Below are positions 43,723-51,450 of a DNA stretch of 64,000 nucleotides, in pieces. The notes beneath the pieces were generated by a model. It was not told where the DNA came from, made no database searches, and saw only the letters and a program-made list of their open reading frames with translations. Position 1 is the first letter of the stretch, and each line of letters begins with the position of its first letter. Source of the DNA: a virus (Duplodnaviria; Caudoviricetes). The DNA lies in IMG/VR virus record IMGVR_UViG_3300046528_000200, positions 1 through 64,000 of that record, one strand, 5' to 3'. Both the position numbers and the translations under genes were made by a program.

Positions 43723-45881
43723 CGTTCGGCTTCGAGGTGATGCGCGCGAACGGCTCGATCATGACGAATGGCCTGTCCAAGGGCGGCGTCCTGATCGACG
43801 TGCTGACGTGCCCGGCCGGCACCACCGGCAGCAAGAGCTACCCGCGCAGCCACATGGCAGGCCTCAGCTACTATTTCGCGCGCGCGGGCGCGCACTTGAT
43901 CAGCCTGGCCGACCAGGTCGGCGGTGACGGCACCGTGCAGGGCACGGTGAAGTGGGCATGGACCGCCAGCGGCTGGCAGCAGGACACGGTGCTGCTGGTG
44001 TTCGCCAAGCGGCTTGATTCGGCCGACACCTTCGGCATCCAGCTGACGAACGACGCCGGCGATATTCTGGTCGACCCGCTATACCCGGCGCCGCAATTCG
44101 CTGGCACCGTGCAGCTGGGCACCAACGCCACCATGAGCTACATGACGCCGGACGGCTACAAGGCCAATGTCCACTCGGTCACGGTGAACATGCGCGCCGG
44201 TGCCGACAAGATGATCCTGATGAACCTGCCGGACTCCGGCGCCAACGACACCTGGTACCAGCTGCGCAAGGAATACGCGCTGGCCAGCGAGTCAAGCGCG
44301 CTGGTGGAGGTGGTGGTCTACACGAAGGCCGCCAGCTACCAGCTGCCGTCGCTGCACTTTTACGCCGTCAACAGCCCGATCTCGTCCGGGTCTGCATTCA
44401 CGGTGTCGGTGCGCACGCCCAGCCAGCAGATCACTTACGACGCCGCGGCCGAGGGCTTTAGCGGCGTTGCCGAGCTGCAGATGACGTACGTGGGCTACAG
44501 CTACACGACGACCTACAGCCTGCCGGCCGGTTATACCTGCGGCGTGTCGGTGCCCTTCTACCGGCAGCAGGCCACCACTGCGAACGGGACCGCCTACGAC
44601 GAGTCGGTCTATGTCGGGGTCGGCAGGCGGGTCGGCACCCAGCTCACACTTGGGGTCATGCTTGACGCGCGCAGGACGGTGGCATCAAGCTCGGCAGCCG
44701 TGTACACCGCTGGCGGCACCCAGCTGCGCTATAGCCCGGTGGCCGACATCAGCCAGCTGTCGCCGACGACCATCACCGGCACGCCGGCGGCGATCAGCAC
44801 GCTGCCGTCATTCACCCTGCAACCGAACAACCAGGCGGTGCACCCAGGCCAGAGCGCGACTTTCACGGTCGCGGCAACTGGCAATCCGGCGCCGACGTTT
44901 CAGTGGTACATGAACGAGGGCGCGGTGCCGGGCGCCACCAGCACCAGCATTACGCTGACGGCTGGCAGCACGCCGAGCGACACGGCGCTGTACTGCCGCG
45001 CCATCAACAGCATGGGCACCGTTAACAGCAACACGGCCTACTTCACCGTGACCAATCTGGTCAACGCCCAGATCACCAGCACGCAGGGGCACGGCGGCTA
45101 CGTGGGTGACGTCGTGACATTCTCGATGGCTGCATCGGGCGACCCTGTCCCGTACTGCACCATCACAGGCGCCGGCGGCATCTCGGCGGCCGGCTACGGA
45201 TCCTGCTCGACCACAGTCACGCTGGCGCTGGCCAACAGCGGCTCCGTCGACTATAGGGCCGACAATCGGGAGGGTGCCTATGGTGCGGTAGATTCCATCC
45301 ACACCAGCATCACGGTGACCAACACACCGCCCCCGCCGCCGACCACGCCAGTGGTCACCCAGCAGGTGGGCGATGCCTACGTCACCGAGGGCGACGCGTC
45401 CTCGTTCACCTTCATCGCCAGCCCGGTCACCAGCTACCAGTGGTATCGCAACGGCTCGCCCGTGTCCGGAGAGACGGGCAGCGGCATTTACATCGGCACG
45501 ACGACCCTTGCCAATAACGGCGACCAGTATTCCTGCATCGCCTACAACGGCACCGCGTCGACGTCGTCGAGCACCGGCGTGCTGCACGTGAGCGCCAGGG
45601 CCACGCCCAGCCCGGTGTTTTCGCAGCAGCCAGGCGACTGCTATGTGACCGCGCCGGACCCAGCCTCATTCGCTTGTTCCGCCAGCCCGGTCACCAGCTA
45701 CCAATGGTATAGGAATGGCTCTGCTGTCAGCGGCGCCACCGGCAGCGGCATTTACATCGGCAGGACCTTCCCTAACGACGACGGTAGTGCTTTCTGGTGC
45801 ATTGCGTCTTATACTTCCGGCGGGGTCACCACCTCCACGATTTCCGACACGGCGTACCTGAACGTCTCCTCCAACGCTTAA
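43719..45881 (+). CDS. Tail fibre/receptor-binding protein with 3-4 Ig-like domains
   Basis: Start MTFGFE at ATGA overlap; I-set signatures (P.F..QP, FQWY.N, Y.C.A.N). Confidence 0.8.
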   Translation: MTFGFEVMRANGSIMTNGLSKGGVLIDVLTCPAGTTGSKSYPRSHMAGLSYYFARAGAHLISLADQVGGDGTVQGTVKWAWTASGWQQDTVLLVFAKRLDSADTFGIQLTNDAGDILVDPLYPAPQFAGTVQLGTNATMSYMTPDGYKANVHSVTVNMRAGADKMILMNLPDSGANDTWYQLRKEYALASESSALVEVVVYTKAASYQLPSLHFYAVNSPISSGSAFTVSVRTPSQQITYDAAAEGFSGVAELQMTYVGYSYTTTYSLPAGYTCGVSVPFYRQQATTANGTAYDESVYVGVGRRVGTQLTLGVMLDARRTVASSSAAVYTAGGTQLRYSPVADISQLSPTTITGTPAAISTLPSFTLQPNNQAVHPGQSATFTVAATGNPAPTFQWYMNEGAVPGATSTSITLTAGSTPSDTALYCRAINSMGTVNSNTAYFTVTNLVNAQITSTQGHGGYVGDVVTFSMAASGDPVPYCTITGAGGISAAGYGSCSTTVTLALANSGSVDYRADNREGAYGAVDSIHTSITVTNTPPPPPTTPVVTQQVGDAYVTEGDASSFTFIASPVTSYQWYRNGSPVSGETGSGIYIGTTTLANNGDQYSCIAYNGTASTSSSTGVLHVSARATPSPVFSQQPGDCYVTAPDPASFACSASPVTSYQWYRNGSAVSGATGSGIYIGRTFPNDDGSAFWCIASYTSGGVTTSTISDTAYLNVSSNA

Positions 45882-45895
45882 AGCCCGGACCCGAC

Positions 45896-46234
45896 ATGGC
45901 CATTATCTCTGCACAGACCGCCCCGAATTTCGCCGTTGGCAATTACCATCGCATCCTGCGCGCCGAGATCAACTGCGCGCCAGGCGACCCGAATCCACGC
46001 TGGGTGGTGCTGCTGGGGTTCTATGCCAACGAATACGCGCGCGACCAGGCGGGAGACGCGCCGCTCTACACGCGTACCCGCACGATCGACTTCGCCCAGC
46101 TGCTCGAACTTGGCCTGCCAGATCCGCGCATCGGGCTGTACGATTACCTGCTCAACCACGACCCGCTCTTCAAGGACGTCGACGCCGCTTCCGACGAGAC
46201 GCCAGAGGCGGCGCCAGCGCCCAGCTCCGCCTAG
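45896..46234 (+). CDS. Tail fibre assembly/accessory protein
   Basis: Small protein after fibre; YHRI motif. Confidence 0.55.
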   Translation: MAIISAQTAPNFAVGNYHRILRAEINCAPGDPNPRWVVLLGFYANEYARDQAGDAPLYTRTRTIDFAQLLELGLPDPRIGLYDYLLNHDPLFKDVDAASDETPEAAPAPSSA

Positions 46235-46290
46235 GCAAACAGCTGGCAATGTGGTATTTTCGGGAGGAATAATTTCCTTCCGGAACTCCC

Positions 46291-47652
46291 ATGCCCAACC
46301 TCCGCGTCATCTCCGACAACGCGATCGAACGCGCGACCCTGACCGCCTCGACCACGGCAAGTAATTTTGCCCTTTCGAATCTCGTCTCAGGCCGGAAGTC
46401 GGACGTATGGCGCAGCACGGCCACCAGTGCGCGTCTGGGCGCGACGTGGGCGGCAGCCGAGGCGGTCCAGGGTGTGGCTCTACCGTTCTGCAATCTCTCC
46501 CCGACGGCGACTGTGCGCGTGCGCGCCACCAGCGAGCCGGCCGTCACAAACCTGTTCACCTACAGTGAGCAGATGGACAACGCAGCGTGGACCAAGACTC
46601 GATCGACCGTCCCTGCGACCAACAGCACCGCGCCGGATGGCACCACTACGGCAGACACCCTGCAAGGTGATGGGACCGGCTCTTCTTACGCCTACCAGTC
46701 GAAGACACTGTCGTCGGCTGGCACCTACCCTGTCTCGGTGTTCGTGAAGGCCGGCACCTATGCCGGCAGCTTCTCAATCCGCGATCTGACTGATGGCGGC
46801 ATTGTTTCCGTCGACCTGACGACCCTTGCAGTGTCCGCCAGCGGCAACTTCTCATCGCCCAAGTTGACCGCGCTCGCGAACGGCTGGTACCGGCTATCCG
46901 CCACGATCACTCCGCTCACGACCGGCAGCAAGGACATCAGCATCTTCAACGCCAACACGACTGGCAACGTGCTCGTTTGGGGCGTCATGCTGGGATCGGG
47001 CTCCGGTGCGCTGACCTCCTACTACCCGTCTGTCGCGTCGCCGGGCGTCCGGCCGCTCGGCTACATTGACAGCTGGCAGAGCTACAGCTACGACAGTGGC
47101 AACGTGCTGGCCTGCCCGGTACCGGCCGTCACCCTGCGCGGCTTCACGGCGGCGCAGGCGGCGAGCGCCTATGCGTTCGGCGGCGGCGCCACCGCGCGCC
47201 ACTGGATGCCGGCGGCCATACAGGCCTACGGCCTGGCCGTCGACATCGTGGACACTGGCAATCTGCAGGGCTACATCGAGGCCGCTTTCCTGCTGGCCGG
47301 CCCCTACTGGGAAGCAGCGACCAACTTCGATTACGGCGCCAGCGCCCAGCTGATCGATTCGACCAAGAGCGAGCGCAGCGACGCCGGTGACCTGGTCAGC
47401 GACGCCGGCACGATCAGCAAGAAGCTCAGCCTGCCCTTCTCCAAGTTGTCGCCGACGGACCGCGCAACCTTGTGGAGCATCCTGCGTGCGAACGGTAGCC
47501 GCTATCCGGTGTTCGTCAGCATGTTCCCAGGCAGCAGCGACCTTGCGCTCGAGCGTGACCACCAGGTCTACGGCAAGCTGGTGCAGCTGCCGGCGATGAG
47601 TCTGCCTTTCTTCAACCTTGCGTCTGCTACGGTCGAAATCGAATCGATCTAG
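46291..47652 (+). CDS. Dit-like tail protein with inserted carbohydrate-binding module
   Basis: Central NLF.YSE..DNAAW...APDGT.TAD...NGWYRLS...VWG galactose-binding-like module within a tail-protein frame. Confidence 0.65.
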   Translation: MPNLRVISDNAIERATLTASTTASNFALSNLVSGRKSDVWRSTATSARLGATWAAAEAVQGVALPFCNLSPTATVRVRATSEPAVTNLFTYSEQMDNAAWTKTRSTVPATNSTAPDGTTTADTLQGDGTGSSYAYQSKTLSSAGTYPVSVFVKAGTYAGSFSIRDLTDGGIVSVDLTTLAVSASGNFSSPKLTALANGWYRLSATITPLTTGSKDISIFNANTTGNVLVWGVMLGSGSGALTSYYPSVASPGVRPLGYIDSWQSYSYDSGNVLACPVPAVTLRGFTAAQAASAYAFGGGATARHWMPAAIQAYGLAVDIVDTGNLQGYIEAAFLLAGPYWEAATNFDYGASAQLIDSTKSERSDAGDLVSDAGTISKKLSLPFSKLSPTDRATLWSILRANGSRYPVFVSMFPGSSDLALERDHQVYGKLVQLPAMSLPFFNLASATVEIESI

Positions 47653-47781
47653 TCCTACGCGCATGCGCGGTTTATGCCTACAGGATGTTTCCTGTGGACT
47701 ATTGCAACATGGCACAATTTTTGCTGGACTAACCGAACAGCAACATCTAAAATTCCTCTAATCAACTTTGGAGGGATCGTC

Positions 47782-47877
47782 ATGTACCGTGCGTTCGCCG
47801 TTGCCTGCTTCCTCCTGGTATTCCTCGGAGACCTCGTTTCTGAGTTGTTTGACAACGAATACGAGGTGCATGAATGA
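47782..47877 (+). CDS. 31-aa membrane peptide heading the lysis cassette
   Basis: MYRAFAVACFLLVFLGDLVSELFDNEYEVHE; GGAGG SD; promoter-like TGGACT-N17-TAAAAT at 47725-47753. Confidence 0.55.
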   Translation: MYRAFAVACFLLVFLGDLVSELFDNEYEVHE

Positions 47878-48110
47878 CACTGGCCGAAGCCAAGACCCAC
47901 TGGGACCATCTGCGCGCAATTATCGAGCCTCATCAGCGCGAGGTCGACAACTCCGTTGTTGCTCTTTCCGTCGTCGCCTTCTTCGGCTGGCTTCCACACC
48001 TGACGATGCTGGTTACATTCATGTGGTCCTGCATCCGGTTCTACGAGACCAAGACCGTACAGGGGTGGCTCGGGCGCCATCCTCCCAAGGAGGAATCCGA
48101 TGCTCCATAA
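47874..48110 (+). CDS. Holin/antiholin-like membrane protein
   Basis: Hydrophobic segment followed by IRFYET.TVQGWL; upstream of endolysin. Confidence 0.65.
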   Translation: MTLAEAKTHWDHLRAIIEPHQREVDNSVVALSVVAFFGWLPHLTMLVTFMWSCIRFYETKTVQGWLGRHPPKEESDAP

Positions 48111-48351
48111 CTGGAAAGCCGCCATCCTCTCAGACCTGAAGCGCTGGCGCACCTGGCTCAACATGCTCCTGCTCGCCGCCCTGCCGTGGGCCGCCGAGAT
48201 CAAGCAGCTCCTGGCCGACAACCTGACGGCTCTGCAGCCGTACCTCCCCGAAAACGTCTACAAGTTCATGGGCGGCGCCGTCGTCGTGACCGGCATGATC
48301 CTGAGCCTGGTGGCTTCTCACCGGGCAGTGAAAGCTGCCAATGACGCCTGA
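48100..48351 (+). CDS. Holin
   Basis: Two hydrophobic segments; directly upstream of endolysin. Confidence 0.7.
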   Translation: MLHNWKAAILSDLKRWRTWLNMLLLAALPWAAEIKQLLADNLTALQPYLPENVYKFMGGAVVVTGMILSLVASHRAVKAANDA

Positions 48352-48991
48352 CCAGCTGCGCCACGCGGTACCCTCCATGCCGATCGCGATCGCGCATGAC
48401 GCCGCCATCGCCATCAACGCGGCCTGCGCTCGCTTCGACATCAGCACGACCCTCGAGCAGGCGCATTTCACCGTGCAGTGCCTGCATGAGTCGCGGGGCT
48501 TCATGAAGATGGTCGAGAGCCTTGACTACAAGGCTGAGCAGCTGTTGGTGGTCTGGCCGAAGCACTTTACTGCCGAGACGGCGCGCATGCATGGCCGGGT
48601 CGACCACACCAACGCCCATCCAGGCGAGAAACTCCACCCTGCCAACCCAGCGATGATCGCCAACATCGCGTATGCCAAGCGTTTCGGGAATGGCTCGATC
48701 GAGAGCGGCGACGGATTTCGCTTCCGTGGCCGCGGCCCGGGCCAGTTGACGTTTGCCGAGAATTACCGAAAGTGCGGGGCTGCGCTGGGCCTGAACCTGC
48801 TCCAATTCCCGGAGCAGGTGGCGCAGATCCAGGTCGGCACTGCTGCCTTTGGCTGGTTCTGGTCCACGCACGGCTGCGCAGCGCCAGCGCGCGTCAACAA
48901 CCTTGGGTGTGTGCGCCTGAAGGTCAACGGCGGCGACCTCGGCCTTGACGCCTGCGAAGGCCTGCTCGACAAACTGCTGGAGGTCCTATGA
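48341..48991 (+). CDS. GH19 (chitinase-like) endolysin
   Basis: QC.HES, GDG.RFRGRG..QLT...NY, W.W, VNGG..GL. Confidence 0.93.
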   Translation: MTPDQLRHAVPSMPIAIAHDAAIAINAACARFDISTTLEQAHFTVQCLHESRGFMKMVESLDYKAEQLLVVWPKHFTAETARMHGRVDHTNAHPGEKLHPANPAMIANIAYAKRFGNGSIESGDGFRFRGRGPGQLTFAENYRKCGAALGLNLLQFPEQVAQIQVGTAAFGWFWSTHGCAAPARVNNLGCVRLKVNGGDLGLDACEGLLDKLLEVL

Positions 48992-49524
48992 GCCTAGCCG
49001 ACATCATCGTGCCGGCCTGGGCGCGCTGGGCCGCGATCGCCGCGCTGGCGCTGGCCAGCTACGGCACCGGCCGACTGCAGGAGGCACGCCATGCACAGGA
49101 CCAGGTGATCACGAAGACAGTCACGCTGATCAAGACCCAAGTCCAGACGGTGACGAAAGTCGAGACCGTCTACCAGGACCGCATCCAGAAAATCTACCTC
49201 CAGGAGAAGAACCTTGCGTCCCTCATTCCAAGTGTCGTGCCACCTAGCGTGGATGAGCATTTCGCTGTTCCTGCTGGCTTCGTGCGCCTCGCCGGCGCCG
49301 CATGGTCTGGCGCCGCTCCTGGACCCGCCAGCGACGCTGACGCAGGACCCTCCGGAATTCGTTTCTCCGAGCTCGCAGCAGCAGAAGTCGGCAACGCCAC
49401 CAGCTGCCGCGTCTGGCGCGAGCAAGCCCTCGGCTGGCGTGACTTCTACGCCCGCCAGCAAGTAACCTTCAACGGCCGCGCCGGTGACTGGTACCGCCCC
49501 GATGCTGGAGCTGAACGTCATTAA
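48988..49524 (+). CDS. i-spanin (Rz-like)
   Basis: N-terminal TM followed by periplasmic coil; after endolysin. Confidence 0.8.
   Translation: MSLADIIVPAWARWAAIAALALASYGTGRLQEARHAQDQVITKTVTLIKTQVQTVTKVETVYQDRIQKIYLQEKNLASLIPSVVPPSVDEHFAVPAGFVRLAGAAWSGAAPGPASDADAGPSGIRFSELAAAEVGNATSCRVWREQALGWRDFYARQQVTFNGRAGDWYRPDAGAERH
49214..49465 (+). CDS. o-spanin (Rz1-like) embedded in i-spanin
   Basis: TTG start with AGGAG SD; lipobox LLASC; Pro-rich mature part; +1 frame. Confidence 0.8.
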   Translation: MRPSFQVSCHLAWMSISLFLLASCASPAPHGLAPLLDPPATLTQDPPEFVSPSSQQQKSATPPAAASGASKPSAGVTSTPASK

Positions 49525-49622
49525 GCTCCAGCGCGAAGCTGACGGGACCTTGCGCCCCGTCAGCATCCCCATCTGCTCCGTGGTCAACGGACGCGCCATC
49601 ATCCCTGATCAGCAGGAACCAG

Positions 49623-50387
49623 ATGAACATCCTCATGATACCCGACGTCCAGGCCCGGCCCGGTGACGACTTTGAATTCCTGCGCTGCATCGGCCGCTTG
49701 ATCGTGGCCGAGAAGCCCGAGGTTGTGTTGTGTATCGGCGACTGGGCTGACATGCCCTCGCTTTCGTCCTACGACAAGGGCAAGAAGTCGTTCGAGGGGC
49801 GCCGATACCGCGCTGACGTCGAGGCCGCGCATCAGGCGATGGAAGCACTCCTTGGGCCGTTGCGCGACTACAATTTGCGGCGCGTCGCCAGCAAGCACGG
49901 CATTTACCGGCCGCGTATGGTGCTCACGATGGGCAACCACGAGGAGCGGATCCTGCGTACGATCAACAGCGAGCCGATGCTGGCCGGCGCGATCGGGCTG
50001 GAAGACCTGAAGTACCTAGAATACGGTTGGGAGGTGTACGACTTCCTCGAGGTCGTGACAATCGAGGGCGTGGCCTTCAGCCACTACTTCACCACCGGGA
50101 CTATGGGCCGGCCGGCGTCGAGCGCCCAGGCCCAGCTGAACAAGAAGCACATGAGCTGTGTCGCGGGCCACCAGCAGGGCCGCCAGATCGCAACCGCTTT
50201 CCGCGCTGACGGGCGCCAGATCACCTCGATCATCGCCGGGTCCTGCTACGAGCACCTGGAGGGTTATCTCGGCCCGCAGGGCAACAAGCACTGGCATGGT
50301 GTGGTCTACCTGAAGAACGTCGAAGACGGATGCTTCGACGAGCAGTTCATTCCGCTCGCCGAAGTCAAAGAAAAATACGCCGCCTGA
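49623..50387 (+). CDS. Calcineurin-like metallophosphoesterase
   Basis: IPDxQ, GDWAD, GNHE, SH, GHxQ motifs. Confidence 0.9.
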   Translation: MNILMIPDVQARPGDDFEFLRCIGRLIVAEKPEVVLCIGDWADMPSLSSYDKGKKSFEGRRYRADVEAAHQAMEALLGPLRDYNLRRVASKHGIYRPRMVLTMGNHEERILRTINSEPMLAGAIGLEDLKYLEYGWEVYDFLEVVTIEGVAFSHYFTTGTMGRPASSAQAQLNKKHMSCVAGHQQGRQIATAFRADGRQITSIIAGSCYEHLEGYLGPQGNKHWHGVVYLKNVEDGCFDEQFIPLAEVKEKYAA

Positions 50388-50399
50388 AGCGGCGGCGTA
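50371..50399 (-). terminator. Terminator at convergence of late and replication transcripts
   Basis: TACGCCGCC-N6-GGCGGCGTA with a T5 tail on the minus strand. Confidence 0.7.
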
Positions 50400-50402
50400 G
50401 GG

Positions 50403-50762
50403 TTACGGACTCCAGGCCGGACAGAGCTCGCCCGTCCAGTTCCAGCACGCAGCCAGGATGTCGCCGAAGCGTTGGATATCGCTGATGCCGCAGCCGTGCA
50501 ACATGACACGCTCCTGCTCGTCAAAGTGCCAGTTGCTGCACCCATCCCACTTCACGAAGCCGTGCAGGTAGACAGGGGCGTCTTCCAGGCGCTCGGCACC
50601 GTCCCAAATCGGAACGTCAAACACGCCTTTCGTTTCGCCCTCCATCCAGCCGCAGATATCGAAAATCCTGAAGTCGACATGATGCTGATACGCAGACGCC
50701 TCGACCGTAAAACGCAAGTCTAAAAAGTGCTTCACGTGCACGGCAATCGGCGGGGCGCTCAC
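50403..50762 (-). CDS. Conserved phage hypothetical (KWDGCSN motif)
   Basis: Probable GTGA-coupled start at 50762. Confidence 0.7.
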   Translation of the reverse strand: MSAPPIAVHVKHFLDLRFTVEASAYQHHVDFRIFDICGWMEGETKGVFDVPIWDGAERLEDAPVYLHGFVKWDGCSNWHFDEQERVMLHGCGISDIQRFGDILAACWNWTGELCPAWSP

Positions 50763-50974
50763 AGCTGCCTCCAGCTGCGCCAGTACCAGATCAGGCCGGC
50801 CGGCCATGTCAGGATCATGATCAGGATCGCGGCCATACTCGACACCATCAGGCGCCGCTTAACAGCAAGGCCCATCGAGTAGCCGGTTCGGTGGTCGACG
50901 GTGAACATGACGGCCAGGCCAAGACCAAACCAGCAGACCACGACGGTCGCGCACTGCAGGATGGTCAGGAGCAT
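50759..50974 (-). CDS. Small membrane protein
   Basis: Two TM segments; GGAGG SD. Confidence 0.65.
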   Translation of the reverse strand: MLLTILQCATVVVCWFGLGLAVMFTVDHRTGYSMGLAVKRRLMVSSMAAILIMILTWPAGLIWYWRSWRQL

Positions 50975-51186
50975 GCCACCTCCCGCAGCTTGCCGTGCTC
51001 CTTCAGCCATGCCACCGCGCGCTCTTCATGCACGAAGCCGGTGCCGCCGGACGGCGACGAGTAGTACACGCCGCGCGGCCAGGTGCCGTCGGTCGCTCGC
51101 TTGTGGACCGTGTTCTTGCGCTCGCCGTACTTGGCACAGAAAGCGTCCAGCTCGATCCAGCCGTCACGGTTGATGGGGTCGCTCAC
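50965..51186 (-). CDS. Excisionase/MerR-like winged-HTH protein
   Basis: W..L..FC...G....TV.KR...G.WP.G pattern. Confidence 0.6.
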   Translation of the reverse strand: MSDPINRDGWIELDAFCAKYGERKNTVHKRATDGTWPRGVYYSSPSGGTGFVHEERAVAWLKEHGKLREVACS

Positions 51187-51440
51187 AGGGCCTCCTTCGT
51201 GACGGCCATCAAGACGACCGGGTGCGAGCCGTCGTCGCCGCCGAGGCGAACGCCCAACTGGATGGCGCCGCCGGCCGCCAAGGCTTCCAGCTCTTGGCCG
51301 CTGGGCTTCCAGTACGAGCAGGCCCAGGTGCCGTGCTCGTTCCTGACGAGCACGACTGGCAGATTCTCGCAGCTGCCGTCCTGCATGTCCGGCGGCGCGC
51401 CGAAATCGTGGTTGGTGTTGGGGTGCCTTACGATGTCCAT
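51183..51440 (-). CDS. Conserved phage hypothetical (S.WKP...EL..L..GG.I.L)
   Basis: Motif; GGAGG SD. Confidence 0.75.
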   Translation of the reverse strand: MDIVRHPNTNHDFGAPPDMQDGSCENLPVVLVRNEHGTWACSYWKPSGQELEALAAGGAIQLGVRLGGDDGSHPVVLMAVTKEAL

Positions 51441-51450
51441 GTGGACCTCC

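Noticed and set aside
45361-45881. Diversity-generating retroelement TR/VR pair in the Ig-domain tail gene
   Set aside because: Differences between the repeats are mostly synonymous and not adenine-specific, both copies are in-frame coding, and no reverse transcriptase is in the window.
49484-49666. Extra ORF between the spanin and the phosphoesterase
   Set aside because: Overlaps both neighbours and has a weak SD; cannot be supported without homologues.
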